A DNA stretch of 64,000 bases from positions 1,190,706-1,254,705 of the forward strand of contig NC_057720.1 of assembly GCF_004010195.1 (NCBI RefSeq). The letters are read 5' to 3'. Position numbers and translations under genes: made by a program. Positions 1 to 12,774 of this stretch are shown here, piece by piece. Every line of letters begins with the position of its first letter. The stretch's first letter is position 1. This stretch comes from Chiloscyllium plagiosum (lineage: Eukaryota). The notes under the pieces were generated by a model. The model made no database searches. It was not told where the DNA came from and saw only the letters and a list, made by a program, of their open reading frames with translations.

Positions 1-41
1 GGTGTCACTGGTTGGTTATTGCTGGGGAGGGTGGGGGGGGG

Positions 42-388
42 TGTCACTGGTTGGTTATTGCCAGTCCCTAGTTGCCCTTGAGAAGATGGTTGTAGAAATT
101 CGTTCCTTCATTTCAGGGGGCAGTTAGTTAGGAGTCAGTCACATTGCTGTGGGTCTGGAGTCACATATCGTCCAGAGCAGGAATAAATGGCAGCTTTCCT
201 TCCCTGAAGACAATTAGTGACCCAGATGGGCTTACACTATAATTGCCAATGTTTCATTGTCACAACAGACTGGGTTTCAATTCCAGACTCTTATTGAATT
301 TCAAGTTTTACCATCAGCTGACATATCTCCACAGCATCAGCCTGTCCCTCAGGATTCACAGGGCAGTGAGATGACCCCGGCACCACCT
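42..388 (-). mobile_element. Degenerate SINE-like repeat sharing 5' body and 3' tail with the LINE at 19241-27809
   Basis: Contains cacattgctgtgggtctggagtcac and ttccttccctgaag (reverse complement of 19446-19510) and tccctagttgcccttgagaag (reverse complement of the LINE tail near 27731). Confidence 0.65.
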
Positions 389-1057
389 GATGGAAGGGTT
401 TTAGTTGGGGGGAGCCCACAGGAAGCAACGATCAAGTTGGAGTTGGTGAAAATGAGTTGACGGGCAGCTGGGTTTTGAATGTTGAGTTATAGGGGGGGTT
501 GCTGGAAACTGCAGGTTAGAAGCACATTCGGGTTAGTGATCCTGACCCTTTCAGAAGGAGACGGACAGTCGCAGGTGAACTGGAGCCAATGTGGAAATCA
601 ACATCCCAACTATTGAGCTGCTGTAATTGTCGATTAGTCCAGGGTAATGCTGGATAGATAGCACCCCAATCTCTTCAATTATCGCTTTTATCAAATCATA
701 GAATCTTACAGTGTTGAACAAGACCCATTGTGCCAGTGCCGTCTCAGTGAAAAATCAAAACAATTAGTCTCCCATCATCTTCTATTTCCTCACAACTCTG
801 TAAACCTTCCCTCAGTATTTCTGAGTAAAGGGAAGACCTTTTAGAACTGGAGAAATGTCTTCAGTCAGAGAGTGGGGAATCTGTGGAATTCACTGCCACA
901 GAAGGCTGTGGGTGGCCAGGTCACTGAGTATATTTCAGACTGAGATAGATAGGTACTTGAGTATTAAGGGGATCCAGGGTTACGGGGAGAAAGTGGGAGA
1001 ATGGGGTTGAGAAACTTATCAGCCGTGATTGAATGGCAGAGCAAACTCAATGGGCTG

Positions 1058-2405
1058 CTCTTTGAGGTATGTAGAGAAGAGGTGTTGGAAATTCTGGAAA
1101 GGGTGAAAATAGATAAGTCCCCTGGGCCTGATGGCATTTATCCTAGGATTCTCTGGGAAGCAAGGGAGGAGATTGCAGAGCCATTGGCCTTGATTTTTAT
1201 GTCCTCGTTGTCTACAGGAGTAGTGCCAGAAGATTGGAGGCTAGCAAATGTGGTCCCCTTGTTCAAGAAGGGGAGTAGGGATAACCCTAGTAACTATAGG
1301 CCAGCGAGTCTCACTTCTGTTGTGGGCAAAATCATGGAGAGAATTGTAAGGGATAGGATTTATGAACATCTGGATAGGAATAATGTGATCAAGGATAGTC
1401 AGCATGGTTTTGTGAAGGGCAAGTCATGCCTCACAAACCTTATTGAATTCTTTGAAAAGGTGACGAAGGAGGTTGATGAGGGGAAAGCGGACTTTAGTAA
1501 GGCGTTTGATAAGGTTCCCCATGATAGACTACTGCAAAAAATATGGAGGTATGGCATTGAGGGTGAGTTGGAGCTTTGGATTAGGANNNNNNNNNNNNNN
1601 NNNNNNNNNNNNNNNNNNNNNNNNNNNNNNNNNNNNNNNNNNNNNNNNNNNNNNNNNNNNNNNNNNNNNNNNNNNNNNNNNNNNNNNNNNNNNNNNNNNN
1701 NNNNNNNNNNNNNNNNNNNNNNNNNNNNNNNNNNNNNNNNNNNNNNNNNNNNNNNNNNNNNNNNNNNNNNNNNNNNNNNNNNNNNNNNNNNNNNNNNNNN
1801 NNNNNNNNNNNNNNNNNNNNNNNNNNNNNNNNNNNNNNNNNNNNNNNNNNNNNNNNNNNNNNNNNNNNNNNNNNNNNNNNNNNNNNNNNNNNNNNNNNNN
1901 NNNNNNNNNNNNNNNNNNNNNNNNNNNNNNNNNNNNNNNNNNNNNNNNNNNNNNNNNNNNNNNNNNNNNNNNNNNNNNNNNNNNNNNNNNNNNNNNNNNN
2001 NNNNNNNNNNNNNNNNNNNNNNNNNNNNNNNNNNNNNNNNNNNNNNNNNNNNNNNNNNNNNNNNNNNNNNNNNNNNNNNNNNNNNNNNNNNNNNNNNNNN
2101 NNNNNNNNNNNNNNNNNNNNNNNNNNNNNNNNNNNNNNNNNNNNNNNNNNNNNNNNNNNNNNNNNNNNNNNNNNNNNNNNNNAGAGATGTTAGGGGTAGG
2201 TTCTTTACTCAGCGAGTCGTGAGTTCATGGAATGCCCTGCCAGTAGCAGTGGTGGACTCTCCCTCATTATGGGCATTTAAGCGGGCATTGGATAGGCATA
2301 TGGAGGATAGTGGGCTAGTGTAGGTTAGGTGGGCTTGGATCGGCGCAACATCGAGGGCCGAAGGGCCTGTACTGCGCTGTATTCTTCTATGTTCTATGTT
2401 CTATG
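1058..2405 (+). mobile_element. CR1 LINE, 5'-truncated (RT to 3' tail), inserted into an older CR1 3' end (830-2440)
   Basis: KSPGPDGIYPRIL, NYRP, QHGF, DFSKAFDKVPH motifs; tail (ttctatg)n. Confidence 0.92.
1587..2182. other. Assembly gap (596 N) inside a CR1 copy
   Basis: N run; both flanks are CR1 ORF2 in the same orientation. Confidence 0.99.
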
Positions 2406-3080
2406 AATGGTCTAATTTCTGCTCCTATGTCTTATGGTCTAATTCTCATGTGAAAGTTCTGATTGAATCTGCTCCCACCGCCCTTTCAGGCAGCACCTTC
2501 CAGATCCCAACAACTCACTGTGTACAACAATCCCCCTCCCCTCCCCCTGGGGCTTATCCCCAATTCCCTTCAATCTGTCTCCCTCTGCTCCTTCACCCTC
2601 CTGCCCCTGGAAACACTCTCTCCTGATTTAGTCCATCAAACTCTCTCCATGATTTTGAACACCTCGTTTAAACCTCCCGGAACCTTCTCTGCTCTAAGGA
2701 GAACAATCCCGGATTCTCCAGTCTTTCCACATTCACCAAAATCCCTGATCCCTGATCCCATTCCAGTCAATCACATCCACAATCTCTCCAAGATCCTGAC
2801 ATCCTTCCGGAAGAGCAGGGCCCAGGATTGGATGCAATCCTTTGCTGTAGTCTAGCCAGTGATTTATAAATGTTTAGGATAGCTTTTCCTTTATGCACTT
2901 TGCCCAGGACTCTCTATTTAACTTTGTTCCATTTTGCTTATCTTGCTTGTCCTTGATTTTGCTGATCAAAATGAGTGAGTAAAGAAGAACTGATGCCGTC
3001 ACATACCTGCCGTCTAACGGATAAAGGTAGGGTGCCCAATTCAGTGATCAGGGCGACAGGCCGAGCAGGATGTACATTAC

Positions 3081-3890
3081 CTGCGAAACACAGTATCCCT
3101 GCTAAAACAACGTCTCGCACATAGTTCCTGCCACTCCCTTTCATCCCCATAACCGTAGCGTTTCGGTACTGAGAAGCACAGTTGGTGTCTGTTAACTGCA
3201 GAACTGTCTGAACTTCCGCACTCTCTGCTATCTCGCAGACCAGACCCCTGCTGTTAGTTAAGGTCCGATCGGGATTTTTAATGAAGTTCCTCAGGAACAC
3301 AGCAAGCTCCTGCAGTGGGCAGGTACAGTTCCATTGGTTGAGGCTCAGATTTAGTACCAAAAGCTTCGATAAGTGTGAGAAAGAGTTGCCCATTCCCGAC
3401 AGCCTGTTACGTGACAAGTCCAGCCAGCTCAGAGCTGGGAATCCACGGAGGGCCTGCCTGGCTATGTACTCGATCAAGTTGTTGGACAGGTCCAGGATTT
3501 GCAGATTCTGTAGGTTTGACCGTGTGAAAGTGCCTGCCTCTAGTTTCGTGATGCGGTTGCTTCCCATGTCTAGAGTGCCAAGCTCCGCCATGTTGCTGAA
3601 CCAGGCCCCATTGATTTGGTCTATGCCATTGCTGTGCAGGTGAAGTCTTCCCAGGTTCGAGAGCCCTATAAACGTCGATTCCATGATTGTCTCACTGGTT
3701 ATCTGATTCTGATTGAGCAGCAGATCTGTGAGACTGTGAAGGCCGTGAAAAGAATCCTCCTCAATGTCCCTGATCCCGTTGTTACTCAGCTCCAACAAGG
3801 TCAGGGAGGTCAGGTTAGCCAAGGTCCACTTCTCAATGGAAGGAATGATGCCATCAGTAAGGAGCAAGCCTTTTGTGGTCTGGGGGACAG
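3081..3890 (-). CDS. LRRC53: LRRC53 large coding exon (LRRs, LRRCT, start of transmembrane helix; 810 nt)
   Basis: AVPQTTKGLLLTDG...LELSNNGI...LDLSNNLI...NQWNCTCPLQELAVFLRNFIK...VLQLTDTNC...VVLAGILCFA(G). Acceptor ttattacag, donor GTAATG. Resembles recalled LRRC53 and lies next to TNNI3K. Later exons not found in the window. Confidence 0.88.
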
Positions 3891-4254
3891 CTGTAATAAC
3901 ATACCCCATATTACAGGTCAAGAGAGCTCAGAAACACGGACGCAGTGTGACCCAAACACAGTTTGATCCCCATGGCCCACTCCCTTCATGGACCCACTCC
4001 TATTTCTTTGGCCTCCTTTGGGGCACTATGGTTACAATCAGCCTGTTATACCTGTGCCATCTCTTTGAAAGAGCTATCCGATCATTTCCACTCCCGTAGC
4101 CCTGCACCTTTTTTCCCTTTACCAGTATTTCCCCCATTCCCTTTGGAAAGTTATTATTGAATTGTTCCCACCGTCCTTTCAGGCAGCGCATTCCAGACAC
4201 AACTCGATGGCAGCCATTGGTGAGAATGCTAATGTTACCAATGATGGTTTCTTA

Positions 4255-4665
4255 AAAATGTACTCTTTCATGGGATGTGGGCACCAGTGGCACAACCAAC
4301 AATGGTTACCCTTTATTGCCTTGAAGTGAATTGAATGGTTTGCTCAGTTACTTCAGAGGGCAGATAAGAGTTAGCCACATTGCTGTGGGTCTGTATTGGC
4401 CAGGCTGGGTAAAGTTGGCAGTGAAAGGACATTAATGACCCGTGTGAGTCATTGCGATAATCAATAATTATTTCATGGTCAGCATTACTGAATACTTTTA
4501 TATGCCATAAGCCTTATTAATGGAATTAATTCAATATAAATTCTGCCAGATGTTGCAATGTGTTTTGAATCTGTGACTTCACAGCAGTAGCCTGAGAATG
4601 GCTAGAATCATTGTTACCTAGTTACCAGGCTCGGGACATTACTACAGCACCACCATCTGCCCCCA
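4255..4665 (-). mobile_element. Degenerate SINE-like repeat of the same bipartite family
   Basis: Tail catgggatgtgggc, body gagggcag...ccacattgctgtgggtctg and ttcatggtcagc, matching the reverse complement of 19241-19560 and the LINE tail. Confidence 0.65.
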
Positions 4666-5033
4666 AAACCAATCTCAGTCAGGCCTGGTGGGAGTCAGGA
4701 TGTGGATGTGAGGAAATCGGAGCAATGTGTGATTGACAATTGGGAAATTGGGGTGGGGGCTGTGTGTCTGTTACTGGGGGGCTCATGTTGTCCAGGCAGG
4801 ATTGATCGATCTGGGGGGTAGGGAGCGTCCTCTTTCTGATAGGTGTCAGACAAGTGGGAAAAGAGTGATACTGGGCATGTGTGAGAATTCAGTTGTGTAG
4901 GACTCTAACAGCCGCTGACTGGTTGGCGTACCCAATATGGCGGACATTGCTCTGACACGTTGGGAGATTGTTATGCAGCTTTAGTGACTAAGCATCCAGA
5001 GCTGGGGCTGGGAGAGTGGAGACAGTAACAAAC

Positions 5034-5160
5034 CTGGAATGGAGGCCAGACCCCGACACTGGGTTACGTTTTCTGTACACACGGTGCAGGAAGGCGGGCA
5101 GACAGCAGAGCTGGAAGGGCACAGGGACATGGAGAAGATGGCCACAATCATCGGCAACAT
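5034..5160 (-). CDS. LRRC53: LRRC53 first coding exon (signal peptide + LRRNT cap)
   Basis: MLPMIVAIFSMSLCPSSSAVCPPSCTVCTENVTQCRGLASIP, with an LRRNT CPxxCxxC motif. Acceptor ttcattccag lies 2 nt before the ATG; phase-1 GT donor at 5033. Confidence 0.85.
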
Positions 5161-6094
5161 TGCTGGAATGAAACAACACATCTGATCAATTACTTGCTCC
5201 TGCAAATCAGGTGAAAGGATTGGCTCTTTATTATTTACTTATGGGATATGGGCATCGCTAGCTAGGCCCAGTATTAATTGACCATCCCTCTTTGGCCTTG
5301 TGCAGGTGGGGGGAGCTGCATTTCTGAACCACTGCAGTCCATGTGCCTTTGATGCCCCAGGTGTTTCATACTTGTCAAAGGATTAATTGGTTAATAACTC
5401 CAACTGGATAGTGGTGAGAGATATTCCCTAGAGGGAAAAACCAGGGGAAAAATACCATTAGTGCTGCTCGTCCTGGGGCCTGAACTTGTGGTATAGAGAA
5501 TGTATCAGAACTGGATGTCTGATTGTCCAGTGTTACTGATCTGCGCTTCCGTCTCTAATTGCACAATGTAGTCTCAAAAGCCACGAGCTTATTTACAGCT
5601 CAATAATTCTAGATATTCACAGTGTAAAGGAATAAAGGTACTTTTCATGTTGTTCCTCATAGCCATTTCCATTGAACCAGGAAACATTACAGAGCAGAGA
5701 TCCTCTCTATAGAAAGAAGGGCGAACACTGCCTGAAATGTAATGTGTAACTGGGGGATGTTTAAGCAGCAGCCACTGAATAGTGCAATATCACTGGAGTT
5801 ATTGGAACACTGGTTCAGACCCATATAAACATAGGGCTCGTGACATTCGGACAGTTGTTACCATGTTTTGTAAAATAAACTGCCAGGAGCTTCGATAGCA
5901 CCTTGATAGGAATCTGAGTATCCCAGAAGGCACCACAATCAACAAGGCTCTTGAAGCAACTAACTCATGTATGAAAACCGCAGCCAGTTTCGGTATAGAA
6001 TGCTGCCACCAACAACAATGCTAGAGATCAGGAGGTAACTGCTTTTTGATGTAAACATTGGCCGAGGGAATCATGTGAGGACCTTTTTATTTCA

Positions 6095-6490
6095 AGCATA
6101 GGAGCTTGAGGGGGGAGTCTTATAGAAGTGTATAAGATCATGAGAGACATGGATAGGGTGAATGCACGCAGTTTTTTTCCCAGGGTTGGGGAATCGAGGA
6201 CTAGAGGACATCGGTTTAAGGTTAGAGGGGAAAGAATAAAAGGGGACCTGAGGGGCAATTGTTTTACATAGGGGGTGGGACGCATCTGGAATGAGCTGCC
6301 AGCGGATGTGGTTGAGGCGGGTACATTAACAACACTTAAAAGGCATTTGGACAAATACATGGACAGGAAAGGTTTAGAAGGATATGGGCCAAGTGCAGGG
6401 AAATGGGGCTAGAGTGGATGGACATTTTGATCAGCATGGACCAGTTTGGGCCAAAGGACCTGTCTCTGTGCTACAGGATTCTATGACTCT
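6095..6490 (+). mobile_element. CR1 LINE 3' fragment
   Basis: End of ORF2 (YKIMRDMDRV...WNELP) and tail ttctatgactct. Confidence 0.88.
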
Positions 6491-6539
6491 TTCTACACCT
6501 ACTGCAGAATTCATCATCCCGAAAACCAAAGACAGCATC

Positions 6540-7062
6540 TCTGACAGTGTGGCACTCCTTCAGCACTGACCCTCTGATTGTGCGGAACTCTCTCAGTACT
6601 GACCCTCCGACAGTAAAGCACTCACTCAGTACTGACCCTCCGACAGTGCGGCACTCCCTCAGCACTGACCCTCCGACAGTGCAGTGCTCCCTTAGCACTG
6701 ACCCTTCGACAGTGCGGCACTCCCTTAGCACTGACCCTCCGACAGTGTGGCACTCCCTCAGTACTGACCCTCCGACAGTGCGGCACTCCCTCAGCCTTGA
6801 CCCTCTGACAGTGCGGCACTCCCTCAGCACTGACCCTCCGACAGTGCAGCACTCCCTCAGTACTGACCCTCTGACAGTGCAGCTCTCCCTCATTACTGAC
6901 CCTCTGACAGTGCAGCACTCCCTCAGTACTGACCCTCTGACAGTGGGGCAATCCTTCAGTACTGACCCTCTGACAGCATGGCAATCCCTCAGTACTACGA
7001 CTCTCTGACAGTGTGGCACTCCCTCAGTACTGACCCTCTGACAGTGCAACACTCCCTCAGTA
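6540..7062 (+). repeat. 33-bp tandem array (~16 units, CACTCCCTCAGTACTGACCCTCYGACAGTGCRG)
   Basis: Direct head-to-tail repeats; gives 11-aa periodic ORFs. Confidence 0.97.
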
Positions 7063-7433
7063 TTTATCCTCTGGGAGTGCCATACTCACATTTTTGCCCT
7101 CTGTGATCAGGGTGCCAGATTACATGGCTCCTGTCACTCTGCATCAGGTTATCAAAGTCTTTGCACGGTTGAGTCCAGGTTCACATCTCCTCCAGGTGTG
7201 CTCCATGCCCTGTCACTTCTGGCCTTGGCCTTGCCTGGGTTATCGTTGTACTCTCTCGGAACAGAAATCTCTGTTGCACTAGGACAGCTTTGAAAAGGAT
7301 GTCAGGTGGTGTCACTGCATCACCTTGCAGACCCTCTCCCACCTCTTCTCCTTCACTCTGAGCAGGACCTCTTGGCAAGGCACATTGGGCCTGGCCACCA
7401 ATAGTTATATCTATGAACAGATGCAGACATGCT

Positions 7434-7933
7434 NNNNNNNNNNNNNNNNNNNNNNNNNNNNNNNNNNNNNNNNNNNNNNNNNNNNNNNNNNNNNNNNNNN
7501 NNNNNNNNNNNNNNNNNNNNNNNNNNNNNNNNNNNNNNNNNNNNNNNNNNNNNNNNNNNNNNNNNNNNNNNNNNNNNNNNNNNNNNNNNNNNNNNNNNNN
7601 NNNNNNNNNNNNNNNNNNNNNNNNNNNNNNNNNNNNNNNNNNNNNNNNNNNNNNNNNNNNNNNNNNNNNNNNNNNNNNNNNNNNNNNNNNNNNNNNNNNN
7701 NNNNNNNNNNNNNNNNNNNNNNNNNNNNNNNNNNNNNNNNNNNNNNNNNNNNNNNNNNNNNNNNNNNNNNNNNNNNNNNNNNNNNNNNNNNNNNNNNNNN
7801 NNNNNNNNNNNNNNNNNNNNNNNNNNNNNNNNNNNNNNNNNNNNNNNNNNNNNNNNNNNNNNNNNNNNNNNNNNNNNNNNNNNNNNNNNNNNNNNNNNNN
7901 NNNNNNNNNNNNNNNNNNNNNNNNNNNNNNNNN
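7434..7933. other. Assembly gap of exactly 500 N (probable fixed-size scaffold join)
   Basis: Round length; flanks do not continue one recognisable repeat, unlike the other three gaps. Confidence 0.95.
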
Positions 7934-8247
7934 ACGAATGACTGTAGAACTAAGAAAGGTGAGTGCCTCAAAAGCAGTGAAAACATCAACCATTTGGCCA
8001 AAACCTAAGCAATGACAATAAAAAGCTGCAAGACATTGGGCAGGGTTTTCAGGTTCAATCGTGGTGGACAATGGTTAAAAGTAAAATTCTCTTGGCTTTA
8101 TCACATCTCAAATACCACACGACTTCCCACATGAGGTATAGCGGAGCAATGTGCCCACAAACAGCAAGTCGCCAAGTGAACCCGACTGGAGGTGTGTTTG
8201 CCAGATTTGCTCTAGTTCCCTCCAGGTCATGCTCATGGGGAGAGTCC

Positions 8248-8266
8248 AGCTGCCCCCTGCTGGCCA
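8248..8266 (-). promoter_or_regulatory. Candidate CTCF binding motif
   Basis: Minus strand TGGCCAGCAGGGGGCAGCT closely matches the CTCF core consensus. Motif match only. Confidence 0.45.
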
Positions 8267-8689
8267 CCTGGGCAAGGCCCTTACACTCGGATAGAAACTG
8301 GTGGGAGGTGTCCCAAAGCCAACACGAAAATATTGTCTCCTGATAGTGAAAGCTCAAGGCATCCTTGGTTTTGTAAATCGAAACATTAAACCTGAAAAGC
8401 AATATGTCACACTAAACTTTTAATATTCACTAATTCATCCCAGTTGCTTTAATTCCTTTGTGGAATGTGGAGATTGCTGGATAGGCCACCCTTTATTGAC
8501 CATCCTTAACCTGGAGAAGGTGCAGAGGAGATTCACCAGAGTTGAGAAACGTCAGTTAGGTGGACAGATTGGAGAAACTAATGGAAGATTCAAAACAGAT
8601 TGTTGGAAGTAGTGATGTGTTTCGAAAGAATAAATAAACAGAAACTCTTTCCAGTGTCGCGTGGATGTCGCATTTTGTGAGATACTTTG

Positions 8690-10205
8690 AAATGTCTCCT
8701 TAAATTCAAAGTGAAGGAGAAGATTGAATACAGAAAGAGTGGATGGTTCTAATTGGTTTTAATTTTCCACAACTTGCTGGATCCTAAAGAGGTACTGCAG
8801 GATTGGGAAGCTGTTAATGTGACACCTCTATTCAAAAAGGGAGGGAGATAAAAAACAGAGAGTAGTAAGGGTACATAGAACATAGGACATAGAACAATAC
8901 AGCACAGTACAGGGCCTTCAGCCCACAATGTTGTATGGAATGCTTTGCCTGCAACGGTAATAGATTCGCCAAGTTTAAGTGCATTTACGTCGTCATTGGA
9001 CAAACATATGGATGTACATGGAATAGTGTAGGTGGGATGGGCTTCAGATTGGTATGACAGGGCAGCACAACATTGAGGGCTGAAGGGCCTGTACTGTGCT
9101 GTAATGTTCTATGTTCTATGTACCTGCAGGCCAATTAGCCTAATATCTATTGTTGGAGAAGTATTGGAATCAATTATTAAGGAAGTAATAGCAGAACATT
9201 TGGAAAATCCTTATCTAACAAACACAGTCAGCATGGCTTCATGGAAGGGAAATCATGTCTGAGTAATTTATTAGAGTTTTTCGAGGAAGTCTCAACCAGA
9301 ATAGATAGAGGGGAACCAGTAGACATGATATATTTATTCTTCCAGAAGTCATTTGACAAGGTACATCACAGAAGGTCACAAAAGGTAAGAGAACACAGTG
9401 ATGGAGGAAATGCATTGGCATGAATATGGAATTAACTCCTGGACAGGAAATACAAGTGGGGATAAGGGGGCCTTTTTCAGATTGATGACCCGTGACCAAT
9501 GGGTTTCCATAGGGGTCTGTGCTGGTACCCCAACTGTTAACAATATACATTAATGACTGGGAGGAAGGAAGCGAATATACTGCAGCTACATCCGGCAGAT
9601 GGCATAAAAACAGGTGGAATGGAAGGTTGTGAGAGGAATACAAACAGTTGACAGACAGGTTGAGTAAGTTTGAAATAGGTTAGCTAAGTGGGCAATACAG
9701 TGGCACACGGAGTATAACGTGGGAAAATAAGAAGTTTTTCATTTTGGAAGGGAGAATAAAGGTACAGGATATTATGTAAATGGAGAAAACCTGCAGAAAG
9801 CTGAAACACAAAGGGACTTGGGGAACCTGTACATGAAACACAGAGAGCTAGCACCCAAGGGCAGCAGGTGATCAGGAAGGGTAATGGAATGTTGGCCCTT
9901 ATTTCAAGGGGGTTGGAGTATAAGGATAGGGAAGGCTTACTGCAACTGTACAAGGTACTGGGGAGGCCATATCAGAGTACTGTGAGCAGTTTTGGTCCCC
10001 TTATTTAGGAAACAATATCATTTCATTGGAAGCAGTTCAGAGAAGGCTCGTTTGGGATGATCCCTGAGATGTAGGGATTGTCTTACAAGCAAAGGCAGGA
10101 AAGTGGATGTGAGGAATGTTGAATCAGCCATGATCCTATTGAATGGTGGAGCAGGCTCAAGGGGCTGAATGGCCTCCTCCTGTTCCGAATTGTTATGATC
10201 TTATG
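8690..10205 (+). mobile_element. Old degenerate CR1 LINE with nested younger CR1 tail pieces (8855-9121)
   Basis: GKSCLSNLLEFFEEV, FQKSFDKVHH motifs with many frameshifts. Confidence 0.85.
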
Positions 10206-10544
10206 AATTCCTGGTAAACACCTCAGTTTGGAGAAGAGTCCACGTGTTCAGGGTCCCATGGGGATGGGGAGTTGAGTAAAGAGGAAACAAATGTTGAGTT
10301 GCAGCAGTGTTTAGCTCTGATAGAAGCTGACAGACAGAAGGAAAACTGCTGAGAAAAGGGTGGAAAGGATTTGCAACTCTCCCAGGAACAGTCATCTTTT
10401 CTGTTCTGAAAGAAAATAATGAGGAGCAGAAACAAACCTATCTCTGGACAAAGCAGTTTGACCAGCTCTGACTAAACCGGGTGGAGGGCTCAGGAACCTT
10501 GAGAATTGAGCCTTGTGAGGAGGCTGTGAAATGTCAGGCAGGTT

Positions 10545-11455
10545 CCTCAGGGATGAGTTCTGGATCCTCTTATTGTCATTTATATAAATGATTTAGATGA
10601 GAATATCGAAGGCATGATTAGTAAGTTTGTGGACAACATCAAAATTGGCAGCATAGTAGACAGTGAAGAAGGTTTTCTAAGGTTACAAAGGGATCTTGAT
10701 CAAATGGATCAATGGGCTGAAAAATGGCGGATGGAGTTCAATCTGAATAAATGAAAGCTATTGCAGAATCGTAAAACAAGGCTAGAGCTTATACAATTAA
10801 TGGTTGGGCCTTAGGTAGAACAGAGGGATCTAGGGGTGCAGGTGATTAAAAAGGCATTTGGCATGCTTGCCTTTATTGCACAGTCCTTTGAGTATAGGAG
10901 TTGGAAAGTCATATTGAGGTTGTACAGGACATTGGTGATGCCTTTTCTGGAATACTGTGTAGGATATTATTAAGCTGGAGAGAGCTCAGCAAAGATTTCC
11001 CAGGATGTTGCCATGTGTGGAAGGTTTGTGTTCTAAAGAAAGGCTGGATTGGTTGGAACCTCTTTCACTGGAGTGTAGGTGGTTGACAGGCAACCTGATA
11101 AAAGTTTCTAAAAAAATGAGAGGTCGAGACAGAGTTAAGGGTAGTCGTCTTTTCCCTGGGATGGGGGGGTTTCAAGACAACGGGGCACATTTTTAAGGTA
11201 AGAGAAGAGAGATTTAAAAATGACATAAGAGGCAACTTTTTTTACACAGAGGATGATTCACCTTTGTGGGGAAGTGGTGGTTGTGGGTGGATGTGGGTGA
11301 ATGTGGGTGCAGTTACAGTGTTTAAAGGATCGATACATGAATAGGAATGGTTTGGAAGGATATGATCCAGGAACAGACGAGTTTACTTTGGGATTATGTT
11401 CAGCATGAACTGGTTGGATGGAAGGGTCTGTTTCCGTGCTGTATGGCTCAGTGAC
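10545..11455 (+). mobile_element. Degenerate CR1 LINE 3' half
   Basis: VPQG...IYINDLD...SKFVDN motifs and CR1 3' UTR. Confidence 0.85.
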
Positions 11456-12045
11456 TGGAAGGATGAGTGGAAGATTCTGGATGTTCCGAGCTGGTCTGGG
11501 GGTAAGCTATGAGCCACTGCTGGAGAATGTGGAGTAATTGTGAGAATGGCATCCCTTCTTGCAGATAGAGCGTTCAGGCACAGAGTGAAGCATCAGTATG
11601 AATTACAATTTGCCTGTTAATTAATGTTTTGGTGCAGTTTGATTCTTTTCCAAGAATAGTTGTAACAAGTGAAAACTTGCCCTTCAGTCATTTTCACTGG
11701 CTTCAGGGAATTCTCTTTTATTGATGCGTACTGTGATTGCCATACGCAGCAGGACAGTCTGACAGACACAAGTTGAGGAGAATTAGCAGAAGGCCCGGAG
11801 GGCCAAGAACATTTTTTACAGCAAGTTGCAAGATGCACTGCCTGGAGGGAGGGAGGTAGAAGCAGACTCATTAATAAATTTCAAAAGGAAAATGGATAAT
11901 ATTGGAAAGGGAAACATTCACAGGCATATGGGGAAAGACAGGGAGCAATTGGATAGATCGTTTGAAGGGCAGGAACAAGTAAGTTGGGTGAAATGGCCTC
12001 CTCTACAATACAACACCAGGAGGGCGTGAGCAAGGAGAGATTTTA

Positions 12046-12605
<560 letters not shown>

Positions 12606-12774
12606 CAGCATCATTCACAAAGCAAGCACCAAAGAGCAACACTCAGTCGATAGCTAAAAATAGTTCATAATACTCACAAAAATAATCATCTCTCAGTCCA
12701 ATTGTTGTGGCCATCAGTCCCTGTTACATAGATTTACTAAACCTCTACTCAAAACATCCAACTGCAAGATGGAG

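Noticed and set aside
560..640. Possible next LRRC53 exon after acceptor-like aattacag (minus)
   Set aside because: The required phase gives a stop within four codons and no transmembrane continuation.
2938..3921. 327-aa single-exon LRR gene as given by the ORF track
   Set aside because: Both ends run into intron; splice sites at 3890 and 3081 and the upstream LRRNT exon give a better model.
6540..7062. 33-bp repeats as a CRISPR array or as a coding repeat
   Set aside because: Units are head-to-tail with no unique spacers, there are no cas genes and the context is eukaryotic; ORFs on both strands are a by-product of a stop-free monomer.
7181..8071. ORFs spanning N runs (also 1001-2323, 24669-25608, 40592-41556)
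   Set aside because: Their length is an artefact of translating gaps as X.
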